A DNA stretch of 64,000 nt. It comes from Pelagomonas calceolata (lineage: Eukaryota). A program made the translations under genes and the position numbers. Of this stretch, positions 11,294 through 21,655 are shown piece after piece. Position 1 is the first letter of the stretch; every line of letters starts with the position of its first letter. The stretch spans positions 2,604,001-2,668,000 of the forward strand of contig CAKKNE010000002.1 in assembly GCA_918797485.1 (NCBI GenBank), given 5' to 3'. The notes beneath the pieces were generated by a model. It saw only the letters and a program-made list of their open reading frames with translations, searched no databases and was not told where the DNA came from.

Positions 11294-13315
11294 ATGAGCA
11301 GTCTCGCCGACGCCTGGTGCATCGATGCCAGCGATGGCGACGACCTGCAATTCATCGGTCCTCTGCTTTTAGGACAGACGAAATGGCTCGGTGCCGCGAT
11401 GATGCGCGACGGCAGCCTCGTCGGCGTGCCGGGCCACGCGCGGCAGGTTTTGAGGGTGGACCCGCGCTTGCATAGGGTGACGCTGCTCGGGAGAAGCAGG
11501 GGCCAGGACGTGAACCGCAACGGGCGCAACGTCTTCAAGTGGCTGCGGGGAGTTAGTGTAGGAGACAAAGCGTACGGCATTCCGATGCACGGCGACGCGG
11601 TGCTGAAAGTGACGCCGCGCGTCCACATTTCAAAAATCGAATTGCTCGACGTGGAAGCGCCGGGCGACTTCAAGTGGCACGGCGGCCAGCTCGCGCCGAA
11701 CGGTTTTATTTATGGCGTGCCCTGCTACGCGAGCCGGGTTTTAAGAATAGACCCGCGGACGGACGAGGTGTCGTATTTTGGGGATTTGGGCGATGCGAAG
11801 GCCAAGTGGTACGGCGGCATCTTGGGGCCCGACGGCAACATGTACTGCATGCCCTTCGCGGCGACTCGAGTACTCCGCGTGGTGACGGCCGAAGATCGGT
11901 GCGAGCTCATCGGGCCGGAGTTGACGGGGGGCGGCGCCCACGGCGGCTACAAGTACCACGGTGGGTTGCTGGGCCCGGACAACTGCGTGTACGGGTTCCC
12001 TATGAATGCGAAGACGGTGCTGCGGGTGAATTGTCTCACGGGCGACGTATGCGAACTCCCGTTGCCGGAGGACGAGCCGTTCAACGGTGGGAAATACAAG
12101 TGGGGCGGCGGCTGCGTCGCGAACGGCTGCGTCTACGGCGTCCCTTCGGATTCGTGCCGCGTCCTGAAGATCGACTGTCGGAGGGGGACGGTGTCGTTAT
12201 TTGGAAGACTGCCGAAGCAGAAAAATAAATTCCAGGGCGGCGTGTTAGGGGGCGACGGTGGAATTTGGTGCGTGCCCTGCGATGCGGCATACGCGTGTCG
12301 GATCGACCCCGTTACGGACGAAGTGGCCATCGTCGGAACGTTGCCGTCCCAACACGACAAGTACCAGGGCGGCTATGCCGACGGGGACGGCAACGTCATA
12401 TGTATTCCAGAGTGCGGCCGGCGCGTGCTCAAGATTAGATCAGGGCGCGGGCACGAGGACGCGTTCGTCGACGCGTACTTGGCAAGGCTGGGCCTGGGCC
12501 GCGAGGCGCCGTCGTTGACGTATCTTGCCCGACTCGTCGAGCATCATTTAGAACGCATTCCGTTCGAGAACGTCGAGCTCGTGCTGGGCGGCACGCCCGA
12601 CCTGTCGTCGCGCGCTTTACGAGCCAAGCTGCTCGATAGAAGACGGGGCGGCCACTGCGTCGAGCTGAACGGGTTGTTTAGCGAGCTGCTCGCGAAGCTC
12701 GGGTTTGCCGTGCGACTCTTAGCGTGCCGCGTGCTGGCGGGGCCCGAGCGCGGCGGGACCGGCGCGTGGCGGGCCGTGCCGTCGCACGCGGCGATGGCCG
12801 TGCGCCTCGACGACGGCGACCACTTCGTCGACGTCGGCCTCGGCGAGCCGCCGCTCGGGCCGATACCCCTCGTCCTGGGGACGGCCGCTACGACGCCGGA
12901 CGGCCTGGTCCACCAGATAACGGAGGTCGAGGGCGGAAATGACTGGGAGCTGCAATGGCTCCTCGATGGGGCGTGGGCGCCGCGGCTCCGCTGGCGCCGC
13001 GCCGACGGGCCGCGCTTCGACCACCACGCGCCGTCGTGTGGCGACTTTTACGCCGAGACGGAGCGGTGGCGGCGCCAGCCCCTCGGGCGCAAGCTCGTTG
13101 TTTGCAAACTCACGCGGACGACGAAGACGAGCGTCGTCGGCGCGAAGCTTCGGATCACGACGCCGCGCGTAGGCGGCACCGTGACCGTCACGGAGCTGCG
13201 CACGGCCGACGCCGTCCGCGACGCGCTCGAGGCGCACTTCGGCATCGTCTGCGCGGAGACCGAGGGCCTCGTCCTCCGCGGCGATTGCGACGAGGAGGCG
13301 TACGAGCACCTTTGA
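11294..13315 (+). CDS. Fusion: repeat beta-propeller domain + arylamine N-acetyltransferase domain
   Basis: About 7 repeats of KW.GG.L.PDG.IY..P..A.RVLRIDP; then YLARLG..PSLTYL..L...HL.RIPFEN, RRRGGHCVELNGLF, SHAAM, FVDVGLG (Cys-His-Asp triad). Confidence 0.85.
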   Translation: MSSLADAWCIDASDGDDLQFIGPLLLGQTKWLGAAMMRDGSLVGVPGHARQVLRVDPRLHRVTLLGRSRGQDVNRNGRNVFKWLRGVSVGDKAYGIPMHGDAVLKVTPRVHISKIELLDVEAPGDFKWHGGQLAPNGFIYGVPCYASRVLRIDPRTDEVSYFGDLGDAKAKWYGGILGPDGNMYCMPFAATRVLRVVTAEDRCELIGPELTGGGAHGGYKYHGGLLGPDNCVYGFPMNAKTVLRVNCLTGDVCELPLPEDEPFNGGKYKWGGGCVANGCVYGVPSDSCRVLKIDCRRGTVSLFGRLPKQKNKFQGGVLGGDGGIWCVPCDAAYACRIDPVTDEVAIVGTLPSQHDKYQGGYADGDGNVICIPECGRRVLKIRSGRGHEDAFVDAYLARLGLGREAPSLTYLARLVEHHLERIPFENVELVLGGTPDLSSRALRAKLLDRRRGGHCVELNGLFSELLAKLGFAVRLLACRVLAGPERGGTGAWRAVPSHAAMAVRLDDGDHFVDVGLGEPPLGPIPLVLGTAATTPDGLVHQITEVEGGNDWELQWLLDGAWAPRLRWRRADGPRFDHHAPSCGDFYAETERWRRQPLGRKLVVCKLTRTTKTSVVGAKLRITTPRVGGTVTVTELRTADAVRDALEAHFGIVCAETEGLVLRGDCDEEAYEHL

Positions 13316-13576
13316 AGAGTAATCTGTTTTTTGTGTCATCTACACTTCGGAGGGCGCACTACTATGTCTTCTGATTGCGGCTCGCTCGCGCCTCGAGGTG
13401 CGGGGTGAGGACGAACCGTTTGTGCTCAAAACGCGTGTAGCAGGCCAGCACAATCGAAGGGCTGCCGACAGAAGCTCGCGCGAGGGGGTAGAGGTAGCCC
13501 CGAAGGCGCACACAGCGAGGCGTCGTGTGTGGCTGCGCGATCGGTGACCAACCGCCGTGAGGAGCAAAGGAACGCA

Positions 13577-15619
13577 ATGGCCGCCGTAGACAAGCTCACG
13601 CGCCAGATGCTGGCCGGCGAGCAGATGAGCTCCGTGGCGGCTTTAGCGAGGGACGCGCCGGAGTGGGCGCGCGCCTTCGTCGACGCCGCGGAGCGCCGCG
13701 TCCGCGAGCTCGACGACGCGCTCGCGTCGGCGCGCGGCGACGTTGTTAAATTAAGAGCGCGCGCGGAGCAGTTCGTGGCCGAGAACGAGCAGCTCCACGA
13801 GCGACTCGCGGCGGAATTAGAAAGGGAGCCGGCGCAACCGCCTCCTGCTCCATCATCAAATGACCGCTCGGTCATTCAGGGCCCATCCCAAGAACGCGCC
13901 AGAGAACTCGCGGAGCGCGTCGACATCCTCATGGCCGAGAACGCGCTCATGGTCGAGCAGACGGCCGTGCTCCAGGCGGAATTAGATCGGTGCTCCACGG
14001 ATTTAGATAGCAGGACGAAGGAGGCCGCGTCCTTCCGCGACGAGGCCGAGCGCGCCACGGAGAAGTGGCGCGCTTTGGAAGGTGGCGAGGGCCAGTGGCG
14101 CGAGGCGCGGCGACGTCTCGAAGAAAGATATGTGCAACATTCGACGGACATGGCGCAGGCCCAGGCGCAACTCGCCGAATTGAAGGAGGGCCTGACGCAG
14201 TTACATGCCCAGAACTCGACCCTAAGAGAGCAGCTCGACGAGAAGACGCGCACGTGCGCGGATCTGACGGATCGGCTCGAGGCCGACGGCGACGAGCTCT
14301 GGCAGCGCGTCCAGGCGGCCGGCGCGCGGGCGCGGGAACTCCAGACGTCCCTGGCTACACAAACCCAAAGAGGTGACCTCGAAGCGGAGAAGGCTCGGAG
14401 AGCGGAACGCGCTCTCGAGCAGGTAAGGGGAGACAACGCGGGCATGCTGCGCGTCATGAGCGGCATGGAAAAACAACTGGCGTCGTACGCGCAGCGCGAG
14501 GAGGGCGTCGCGCAGAGCGGCCGGGACGCGAAGGAGAAGGCCGAGAACGCGTTGTTGGCTCGCGATAAAGCCCAGGCGAAGTGCGACCAGGCGTTGCGCG
14601 AGCTCGAGCGCTTGCGGGCGGAGCGCGTCCAGGACGCGGAGACGTTCCAGAAGAGATGTAGAGAGGCGGTGGACGTGGAGGCGCGACGGCTGCAGCAGGA
14701 CCTGCGGCGGCGGGACCAGGAGATCCGGGACCGCGACGAGCGGCACGCGGAGGCGCTGGCCATCGCCGAGAGACATGGGAGGGACCTGGCGCGGCTCAAG
14801 GCGGACGCGGACCGCGCGAACGCGGCCCTGAAGCACGTCCAGGCGGCGAACGACGCCGCCGCCGAGGGCCTGGAACGAAGGGCCGCCGACGCGGACCAGC
14901 GGGCCAACGACGCGGTGCGGCGCGCGCGGGACGCCGAGCGACAGCTGGCGAAGAGCGTCGAGCAGCGGGAGGCCGACCGCGAGGAGGCCGAGGCGAAATT
15001 GGTCTCGGGCGTCGTGGGGGGCGACGGCGTCGGCCCGGCGGAGGCGAGAGATACGGCGATGCGTTACAGGGAAGCGCAGTCGTTGCTGGCGCAGCGGGAG
15101 CGGGAATTGGCCAAGGTGCATCGGGAGTTGGAGGCCGAGAAGCAGGGCCGCGCGCGCGACGCGGCGGACTTGAGGCGAGACGCCGACGCCGAGAAGCGGC
15201 GCCTCGAGGAGGCGCTCGACGCGCAGCGCCGGGCCGCGAGTGATGCACACTTTCAGGTTCAGGCAGCGACGGAGCGCCACCGGGCGCAACTCGCCAAGGT
15301 CGCGGCGGACCGCGACGCCCACGCACGAGATGCTGATAAGCGGCTCCGCGACGAACACGAGACCGTCGCTCGGCTAGCCGCCTACGAGCGCGAGCTCGAA
15401 GTCAAGCTGGCTGCTGCGGCCGCGGACCTCGACGCGCAGCGCGATTACAGCGCCCAGCTCGCGGACCGATGCCAGGTGGCGGAACGGCGGGCGGCCGAGG
15501 CCGCGCTCGCGCTCTCGAAGTCGATCGCCGAGCAGGACCTGTTGATCAAGCGATACGCGCGCCAGGGCGCGGGCGCGGCGGCGAAGGCCGTGAGCCCCCT
15601 GGGCGCGTTCAACGAGTGA
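13577..15619 (+). CDS. Long coiled-coil protein, possibly SCLT1-like centriolar protein
   Basis: Continuous heptad-rich ORF; EQFVAENEQLHERL and LQAELDR segments resemble the SCLT1 N-terminal region as recalled (unverified). Confidence 0.55.
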   Translation: MAAVDKLTRQMLAGEQMSSVAALARDAPEWARAFVDAAERRVRELDDALASARGDVVKLRARAEQFVAENEQLHERLAAELEREPAQPPPAPSSNDRSVIQGPSQERARELAERVDILMAENALMVEQTAVLQAELDRCSTDLDSRTKEAASFRDEAERATEKWRALEGGEGQWREARRRLEERYVQHSTDMAQAQAQLAELKEGLTQLHAQNSTLREQLDEKTRTCADLTDRLEADGDELWQRVQAAGARARELQTSLATQTQRGDLEAEKARRAERALEQVRGDNAGMLRVMSGMEKQLASYAQREEGVAQSGRDAKEKAENALLARDKAQAKCDQALRELERLRAERVQDAETFQKRCREAVDVEARRLQQDLRRRDQEIRDRDERHAEALAIAERHGRDLARLKADADRANAALKHVQAANDAAAEGLERRAADADQRANDAVRRARDAERQLAKSVEQREADREEAEAKLVSGVVGGDGVGPAEARDTAMRYREAQSLLAQRERELAKVHRELEAEKQGRARDAADLRRDADAEKRRLEEALDAQRRAASDAHFQVQAATERHRAQLAKVAADRDAHARDADKRLRDEHETVARLAAYERELEVKLAAAAADLDAQRDYSAQLADRCQVAERRAAEAALALSKSIAEQDLLIKRYARQGAGAAAKAVSPLGAFNE

Positions 15620-15652
15620 AGTCTCCCCCGTGCCTAAGTACTTACGCTACTC

Positions 15653-16663
15653 CTACCTAGGCGGCTCGTTACACTGCCATCGACACTTGCCCGGAAGCCA
15701 GTGGCATCCGGGCAAGTGTCGATTGTGTGGGCGGCTGCAGCGGCCCGTGTAACGAGTCGGAGGCCGTCTACTCAGAGTCTTCGTCGGTGCATACGGGGTC
15801 GATGCATTTCGGCCGCCGCACAAGACTCGCCAGACGACGTGGTCCGCGAGGAACACCTCTCTATTGACCCAGCGCCTGTTCTCGTACGAGAGCGTCGACT
15901 CACTTTGCAGCCGCGGGTCGCTATCGATCGCCCGCGCGTGCGCCTGCGGCAGCCTCGCATCCGGATCGCCGAGGACCCGCGTGGCCGCGGCGGCCCAGTC
16001 GTCGGTCAGCGTTTCCGTGCAGAGGGGCACGATTTGTATCGCCTTTCGCCGACAGAGATCGATGCCTCCACGTAGATAGCCGATCTGGGTCCGCATGAAG
16101 TTTTCTTGTATCGCTTTTGGTCGACGGGTCGCGTTGGCGCGCCACGCTGCCATGAGATCGTCGAGCGGCGGCGGACGTCGCACTGAGAAAAGCGGGTGAG
16201 ATGCCATCAACTGGACTGCGTGCCGATAGCCGCTTTCAATTCGCTTCGCCGGCTCTCGCAGGGTCCAGAAGAAGCACGTAGGCCTCCCGACGTCGTTGCG
16301 ACCAAGGAGCGGACGCTTGCGGTACTGTGGCCCACTCATGCCTTTCGGACGACTGTTCCTCGAGAAATCCTTCACGGTGAGCAGCGATGCCACGGTGCGC
16401 GTATGGACGTGTTGCGCCAGCCCACCAGCTAGCATCAACGCCCAATTTACCGCCTGCGAGGCTGCTCCCGCGACGGCGAGGTTCGTGCACTTCGTCGCTG
16501 GCACCAGGCGGCGGCCGCCGCATCCTCTGATAGTTTCTGCGAGGTCCGCAGAGCAGCGTTTTACTTTAAATCGTGAGCCGTCGGCACAGATGCTATTCCA
16601 GCCTTCGAGTGAGGCTCTTGCACAGGCGGCGACGAGCCATAGCTGGATGGGCAGCCTATGCAT
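15653..16663 (-). CDS. Secretory-pathway protein with sulfotransferase-like 3'-PAPS motif
   Basis: Signal peptide MHRLPIQLWLVAACARA; FWTLREPAKRIESGYRH resembles LR(D/E)PxxRxxSxY. Confidence 0.5.
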   Translation of the reverse strand: MHRLPIQLWLVAACARASLEGWNSICADGSRFKVKRCSADLAETIRGCGGRRLVPATKCTNLAVAGAASQAVNWALMLAGGLAQHVHTRTVASLLTVKDFSRNSRPKGMSGPQYRKRPLLGRNDVGRPTCFFWTLREPAKRIESGYRHAVQLMASHPLFSVRRPPPLDDLMAAWRANATRRPKAIQENFMRTQIGYLRGGIDLCRRKAIQIVPLCTETLTDDWAAAATRVLGDPDARLPQAHARAIDSDPRLQSESTLSYENRRWVNREVFLADHVVWRVLCGGRNASTPYAPTKTLSRRPPTRYTGRCSRPHNRHLPGCHWLPGKCRWQCNEPPR

Positions 16664-16814
16664 CTCTCATTGCTGCCCCTAGGTATGCCTATCGATGGAA
16701 CACATGGTCGCAGTGGGCAGCCTGCCTTGTGACGGGCACGAATGCGTCCCTTGAGGTATGGAATGGCCGCACCTAGCAACATAAAAGGCTGCCTGCCCTC
16801 GGCTTGCGTGATTG

Positions 16815-16836
16815 CTAGTGTCTTTCTCGACGCTAG
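16815..16836 (+). promoter_or_regulatory. CTAG dyad element (TTG-CTAG-TGTCTTTCTCGACG-CTAG-C)
   Basis: Between divergent genes starting at 16663 and 17023. Confidence 0.7.
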
Positions 16837-17022
16837 CATCGCAGAGAGGTCGCGAGACGCGTGGAAGCTCTCCGTGCCTCTGCGGCATCGCAAGCACGAG
16901 CGAAGGCACATTCCTGCTCTTGCCGACCAGCGCGAGGTCTGCTGCGGCAGTTCAGGCGCTCCGTTTGCCCACGCGCTGCGCATTGCTCCCGAAACCGAGC
17001 TCGAGTCACTGGCAGCATTGTC

Positions 17023-19311
17023 ATGTGGCGCCTCGCCGCAGCCCTCGTGCTCGCCGCGGCGAGCGCGCTCTACGACGACGTCGAGCACGTCACGAAATTC
17101 ACAACCAGTGAAGATGCGGAAAAGGCCATCTTCGGCGACGACGCGAACGTGTATGTCGTCCACTTCTACCAGGGCCCGAACGACGAGGGTGTGGTAGATG
17201 AGCACTCGCCGACGATCACGGCCGCCTTCGCGGGCGCCGCGAAGGAGCTCGCGGATTTAGGTGTGAAGGCGGCCTGCATTGACGTGGCGGACGAGAACAT
17301 GCTCAAAATAGCGAAGCGGTTCAATTTAAGAACCGTGCCGCACGTCGTCGGCGTCGGCGCCGAAAGTAGAGCGAACCCGTACACCGGGAAAATCGACCGC
17401 GCCGTTGAGGTCTACGAGCCGCTCGCGACGCGCGGGTCGCTGACCAAGACGGAATTTAAAAGATGGGTCTCGTCGAAGGTCTTCCCCGCTGATAGTGTGG
17501 CGCGCGTCGCCACGAAAGACGAGCTGGCGGCGGTGCCGGGGCCGCTCGCGGTGCTGCTCACGGAGCGCGCCACCACCTCGGCGCTGGCCAAGTCGCTGGG
17601 CGTGGCGCTGCGCGGCCGGCTGTCCATCGTCGAGGTGCAGTCGTCGTCGGAGTTGGGCGAGGCGGTCCACGGCGACGAGGCCCTCCCGCGCTTCGTCGCG
17701 TCCAAGGAATCGATGGACGCCGCGTCCCTAAAAACGGCGGACGCCTTCGACGGCGACCTCCGCGACCGTTCTGCTGTTTTAGAATGGCTCGAGATCTTCG
17801 CGCTCAAAGAAAGACGTCCTGCCTCGTCAGCAAAGAAGGAAGAAAAGCCTCAAGAAAACGAGGAGGGCTGGCCCGCGGGATATAGTGTAGAGACGGCTTC
17901 TACAAAAGACGAGCTCGAGAAGATTCTGGAGAGGGAGCCCGCCGTCGTCGCCTACCGCAAGGGCGCGTCCGTCGCTTCCTTCGCTCATAAAGTGGTGGAA
18001 ATGGACGGCGCCGACGCGGTGTCGTGCGTGGAGGTCGACTGCGATGGTTTCAAAGGACCGGTCTGTGATGGAAATGACTACGTCTACTACCCGTATGGCG
18101 AGGACAAGACCCCCGTCGTCGAAGAGGACGGCATGTCAGCTTTCGGCGAGGCGGCGCTGTCGCTGCCCGTCGCGGACGTTTTTCCGGTTTCGGGCAAGCC
18201 GGACATCGAGACCTTTCTGCGGCTGAGCGTGACGCATCCTGATGATGACAATGCACCTGTGGGCCTCGTCGTCTTCGCGAAGAAGCACGACGTGAGTCCC
18301 ACCGTTCGAGCCGCGGCCACGACTCTCGCGAGGCACGCGGGCGTCCGCGTCGCCCAGTGGTCTTCACCTAGCCTTGCGGAAGTCGCCGAGTACGGCGTCC
18401 AGAAGCTCCCCGCGTTATTAGCTTTTTATGCCACCGACGCCCCGGAGGGCGCCGACCTCCCGCCCGGCCAAAAGGCGGTGGGCGCCGCGGCCTACCCGCG
18501 GTCGCAGTTCGGCCCGGTCACGTTCATGTCTCTCCTGTCGTTCATGTCCTCGTTTTTACAACAAGTGGCGCCGGAGACGGCCCAAGAGCTCATCGATGGC
18601 ATCCGCGAAAGTAGTAGAGTCGACCCCTCGTCGATGCGAGGCGAGTCTTCGACGAGCAGCACACCTGTAAGTAAGGGACCGACCTTCGCGGACCTGAACG
18701 ACCCTGCGGCCTGGGACGAGCGGTGCGGCGCGAAGGCGTCCGCCGCGTTATGTGCCGTGGCATTGCTCGACGAGCACGGCCGCGCGGCCTTTGCCGACGA
18801 AAAGGCGATCGCGGAAAGTGTAGCCAAGTCCGAGCAGCCGTCGCCCTTCGCCTTCGGCTGGGTCGACGGCGCCTGCCACGCCGACTTCGCGGCTTCGTTC
18901 GACGTCGACGATTCCAAGCTGCCGACCGTCATCGCCTACGCCCCGAAGAAGGAGCGCTACGCGGCGTTGGTGGGGCGGTACTCGGCGGCGGACGTCCGGG
19001 CGTTCCTGCGGGGCGTCCTGCGGGGCAGCATCGGCACGGCACCGCTCCGGGCGCCGCTTTCATTGACCGAGGCCGACTGCGCCGCGGTGCACGCGTCGAG
19101 ACAGGCGCCCGTCGAGGAGGAGGACGCTCTTGATGATGATTTTATGGCCGAATTATTAGCGGAGGAGGCCGCGGCGAAAAAGGCTTTGGAGGAGGAGGCC
19201 GCGGCCGAGTCGAAGCGGCTCAAGGAGGAGCTCGAGGCGTCCAAGAAGAAGCCCGACGCGCCCAAGAAGAAAAAGAAGAAAAAGAAGAAGAAGAAGTCCT
19301 CGGAGCTGTGA
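17023..19311 (+). CDS. ER multi-thioredoxin-fold PDI-like protein (P5/PDIA6-like C-terminal domain), no CxxC
   Basis: Signal peptide MWRLAAALVLAAASA-LY; Trx-like VYVVHFY..ACID..IAKRFNLRTVP; C-terminal WDERC...LCAVALL, FAFGWVDG; ends poly-K then SSEL. Confidence 0.7.
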   Translation: MWRLAAALVLAAASALYDDVEHVTKFTTSEDAEKAIFGDDANVYVVHFYQGPNDEGVVDEHSPTITAAFAGAAKELADLGVKAACIDVADENMLKIAKRFNLRTVPHVVGVGAESRANPYTGKIDRAVEVYEPLATRGSLTKTEFKRWVSSKVFPADSVARVATKDELAAVPGPLAVLLTERATTSALAKSLGVALRGRLSIVEVQSSSELGEAVHGDEALPRFVASKESMDAASLKTADAFDGDLRDRSAVLEWLEIFALKERRPASSAKKEEKPQENEEGWPAGYSVETASTKDELEKILEREPAVVAYRKGASVASFAHKVVEMDGADAVSCVEVDCDGFKGPVCDGNDYVYYPYGEDKTPVVEEDGMSAFGEAALSLPVADVFPVSGKPDIETFLRLSVTHPDDDNAPVGLVVFAKKHDVSPTVRAAATTLARHAGVRVAQWSSPSLAEVAEYGVQKLPALLAFYATDAPEGADLPPGQKAVGAAAYPRSQFGPVTFMSLLSFMSSFLQQVAPETAQELIDGIRESSRVDPSSMRGESSTSSTPVSKGPTFADLNDPAAWDERCGAKASAALCAVALLDEHGRAAFADEKAIAESVAKSEQPSPFAFGWVDGACHADFAASFDVDDSKLPTVIAYAPKKERYAALVGRYSAADVRAFLRGVLRGSIGTAPLRAPLSLTEADCAAVHASRQAPVEEEDALDDDFMAELLAEEAAAKKALEEEAAAESKRLKEELEASKKKPDAPKKKKKKKKKKKSSEL

Positions 19312-19428
19312 GGGCACTAAGTACATTTAATCTTAGGAGTACTGCCAGTGAGCCCGCGCGGGCGGCGCGGCGCCCGACGGACGCGGCGCGGCCAAGTGCG
19401 CGGCCTGTCGATATAGTTCACAATAATC

Positions 19429-21162
19429 TTACGCAGGCGCCGGCGCCGGCGCCGGCGCATAAGTCGACGGCACAGTAAGGACAGAAGATCCCGCCGCCAA
19501 GGGATGCCGCGACGGGGCCGTCGCGGAAGACCGCCAGGAGGGCTGCTCGTCGGCCGGGCGCCGCACGGAGGGCTGCTCGTCGACAGGGCGCCGCCGTCGC
19601 CGCCGCTCTTTGGTGACGCCCGAGGCTTTGTGCATCGCCGGGGGGTGGTTCAGCGTCGCCGTTAATTTATGACGCGTCCGGCCCAGCACCAGACGCGTCC
19701 GATCCAACTGGCCCTGTAGCGCTCTCTTCTCCGCCTTCTGCTTCCTCACGTCCGTCAAAGTGTCCACATGTCTCGCGAGGCTTCGCTTGGCCGCGGCCTC
19801 GGCCGCTTGCGCCGTCGCGTTCGCGGCGGCGGCGTCGTCGCGGGCCTTTTGGTGCCATTCGCGTACTCGTCTTCGTTCCGCGACCGCGGACTGCAGCGCG
19901 GCCTGCAACGCCTCGCTCCGCGTGTTCGTGGCTTTGACTTGATTTTCCACAACGGCGCGCGCGGCGACGTCGGCAGCGTGGGCGCTATGGGTCTGCTCCA
20001 GCGCCGTCTCCGTGTCTTCCAAATCAGCGACGGCGTTCTCGAGCCTAGCTTCCAGCTCCTCGGCCCTTTCGGTCTCGTCGTTCCGTTGCTCCACCAGTGA
20101 CTCGAACTGATTCTCCAGCCGGTACGCTTGATCTTTAGCGTCTAGCAACTGCGAGGTCAAGACGTACTGGCGCTGGCGCCGTTCATTGAGCTCGTCCTGG
20201 TGGGCCTCCATCTCGGCATCTGTGCGTTTACGCATCTCTTCCCTCTCCGCGACGGCAGTCTTCGACAGTTCCGTAGCTGACATTTTGGCCAGGACATTGA
20301 CCGTGATCTCCTTCTGCGCGCCCTCCAGCGCGCGTCGGAGTCGCTCGTTCTGCTGCGTGGATCTTCTCATTCTTCTTTCCCCGAAGACGTATTCTCTCTG
20401 CAGCTCGCCCTTTAACCTAGCGTTCTCCTCGGCCAGCGTCTGGGCCTTGAGGTTGGCCTCCTGCAGGATTCGCAAAATCTCCCTATTTTGTCTAGCAGCG
20501 ATCTTCATGGCCTCGTCCTTGCCCTCGGACTGGCTCCGGACCACGCTCAGTTGTCGTATTTCGTGGTCGCGATCATCAATACTGATCTGCATCTTCCTTA
20601 CTTCTTTGTCCTTCTCTTGCAACGCCTCCGCTAACGTGGTCAGTTCCCTTTCTAAACGGTCCATGGCGAGGCGCAGCTGCGCGTTCTCGGTCATCACGAG
20701 GTCGATCTCCGTCTGCTTCGTGTGGACCAGTCTTTCATATCCTTTCAGGGAGGGCTTTTCCCCGGGCGGGAAGAGCGGGTGGAAGATTTCCAGGGCCGGC
20801 GCCGGGGCGGCCACGAGGGCGTTCCTTCGAGAACCGCGACTGCTCGCCCGGCTCGCGGGTCTTGATGTAGGAGGACTGCTCGCGCGGCTCGACGGCCGCG
20901 ACGACGGCGGCGTCCGCCGGCTCCCTCTTCTACTAGAGGTGCGCGCGGCCTCCGTCGTCTTCCGGGCGGCCTCCGTTGTCTTACGGGCGGCCTCGGTCGC
21001 GGCCTGGCCCGCGGTCTCGCCGGCTCGTTGCACGGCCTCGGCGCCGCTCTTCGCGGCGGCCTCGACCGACGCCGCGGCCTGGCCAACGGCGGCGGCCGCC
21101 TTGTTCGCCGTCTCTTTGGCCTTGGAGAAGAAGCCCTCGCCCTTCCCTTCGCCTCTGCCCAT
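19429..21162 (-). CDS. Hypothetical coiled-coil protein with low-complexity termini
   Basis: 577-aa ORF, central heptad-rich region. Confidence 0.6.
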   Translation of the reverse strand: MGRGEGKGEGFFSKAKETANKAAAAVGQAAASVEAAAKSGAEAVQRAGETAGQAATEAARKTTEAARKTTEAARTSSRRGSRRTPPSSRPSSRASSPPTSRPASRASSRGSRRNALVAAPAPALEIFHPLFPPGEKPSLKGYERLVHTKQTEIDLVMTENAQLRLAMDRLERELTTLAEALQEKDKEVRKMQISIDDRDHEIRQLSVVRSQSEGKDEAMKIAARQNREILRILQEANLKAQTLAEENARLKGELQREYVFGERRMRRSTQQNERLRRALEGAQKEITVNVLAKMSATELSKTAVAEREEMRKRTDAEMEAHQDELNERRQRQYVLTSQLLDAKDQAYRLENQFESLVEQRNDETERAEELEARLENAVADLEDTETALEQTHSAHAADVAARAVVENQVKATNTRSEALQAALQSAVAERRRVREWHQKARDDAAAANATAQAAEAAAKRSLARHVDTLTDVRKQKAEKRALQGQLDRTRLVLGRTRHKLTATLNHPPAMHKASGVTKERRRRRRPVDEQPSVRRPADEQPSWRSSATAPSRHPLAAGSSVLTVPSTYAPAPAPAPA

Positions 21163-21655
21163 GGTCTACAGCCTCTGGTGGAGATAGCAGCCTCTGGTGG
21201 CTACACCAGTCGTTCGCAACGACTCCTCGGCTCCTTCGCGCTTCACGAGGATGCGCGCAAGGGCTGCCCCTTCCTGCAGCGGCCGGCGCGCACGACGGGA
21301 TGGCAGCCACTCGGCGCTGGAGCCCGAGCCGAGCCCGTACGCTCATGGTCGGGCCGCGTACGCGTCCAGGGCGAGCGCCACCCGTATACGGATCCCACGG
21401 AGGACACTGAACGATCCGAAAAAATAGCCCCTGGTGCATTTCGATGGGTTCCAGTGTGCCGTGCGTTAGGGCCAAAATCGCGCCCAAGGCGACGAGAGCC
21501 GCCGCGGCTGGCCTCGGAGGCGCGGTAGGGCTTAGTTGGACGCTTGTGAAGCCGAAACACGCTTGACTAGGCTGCCCATACGCACATTAGGGACAGGCTG
21601 CCCAGAGGCGCGACCTTGCCAAACGCGTGCCGTGCAGCAGCTGTTGGGGGACACG

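Noticed and set aside
21169..21200. Short direct repeats (CAGCCTCTGGTGG x2; also CGTCGTCTCC.ATGCC near 1933/1961 and ACAAAAACTTGC near 47594/47645)
   Set aside because: Isolated local duplications with no further copies or structure
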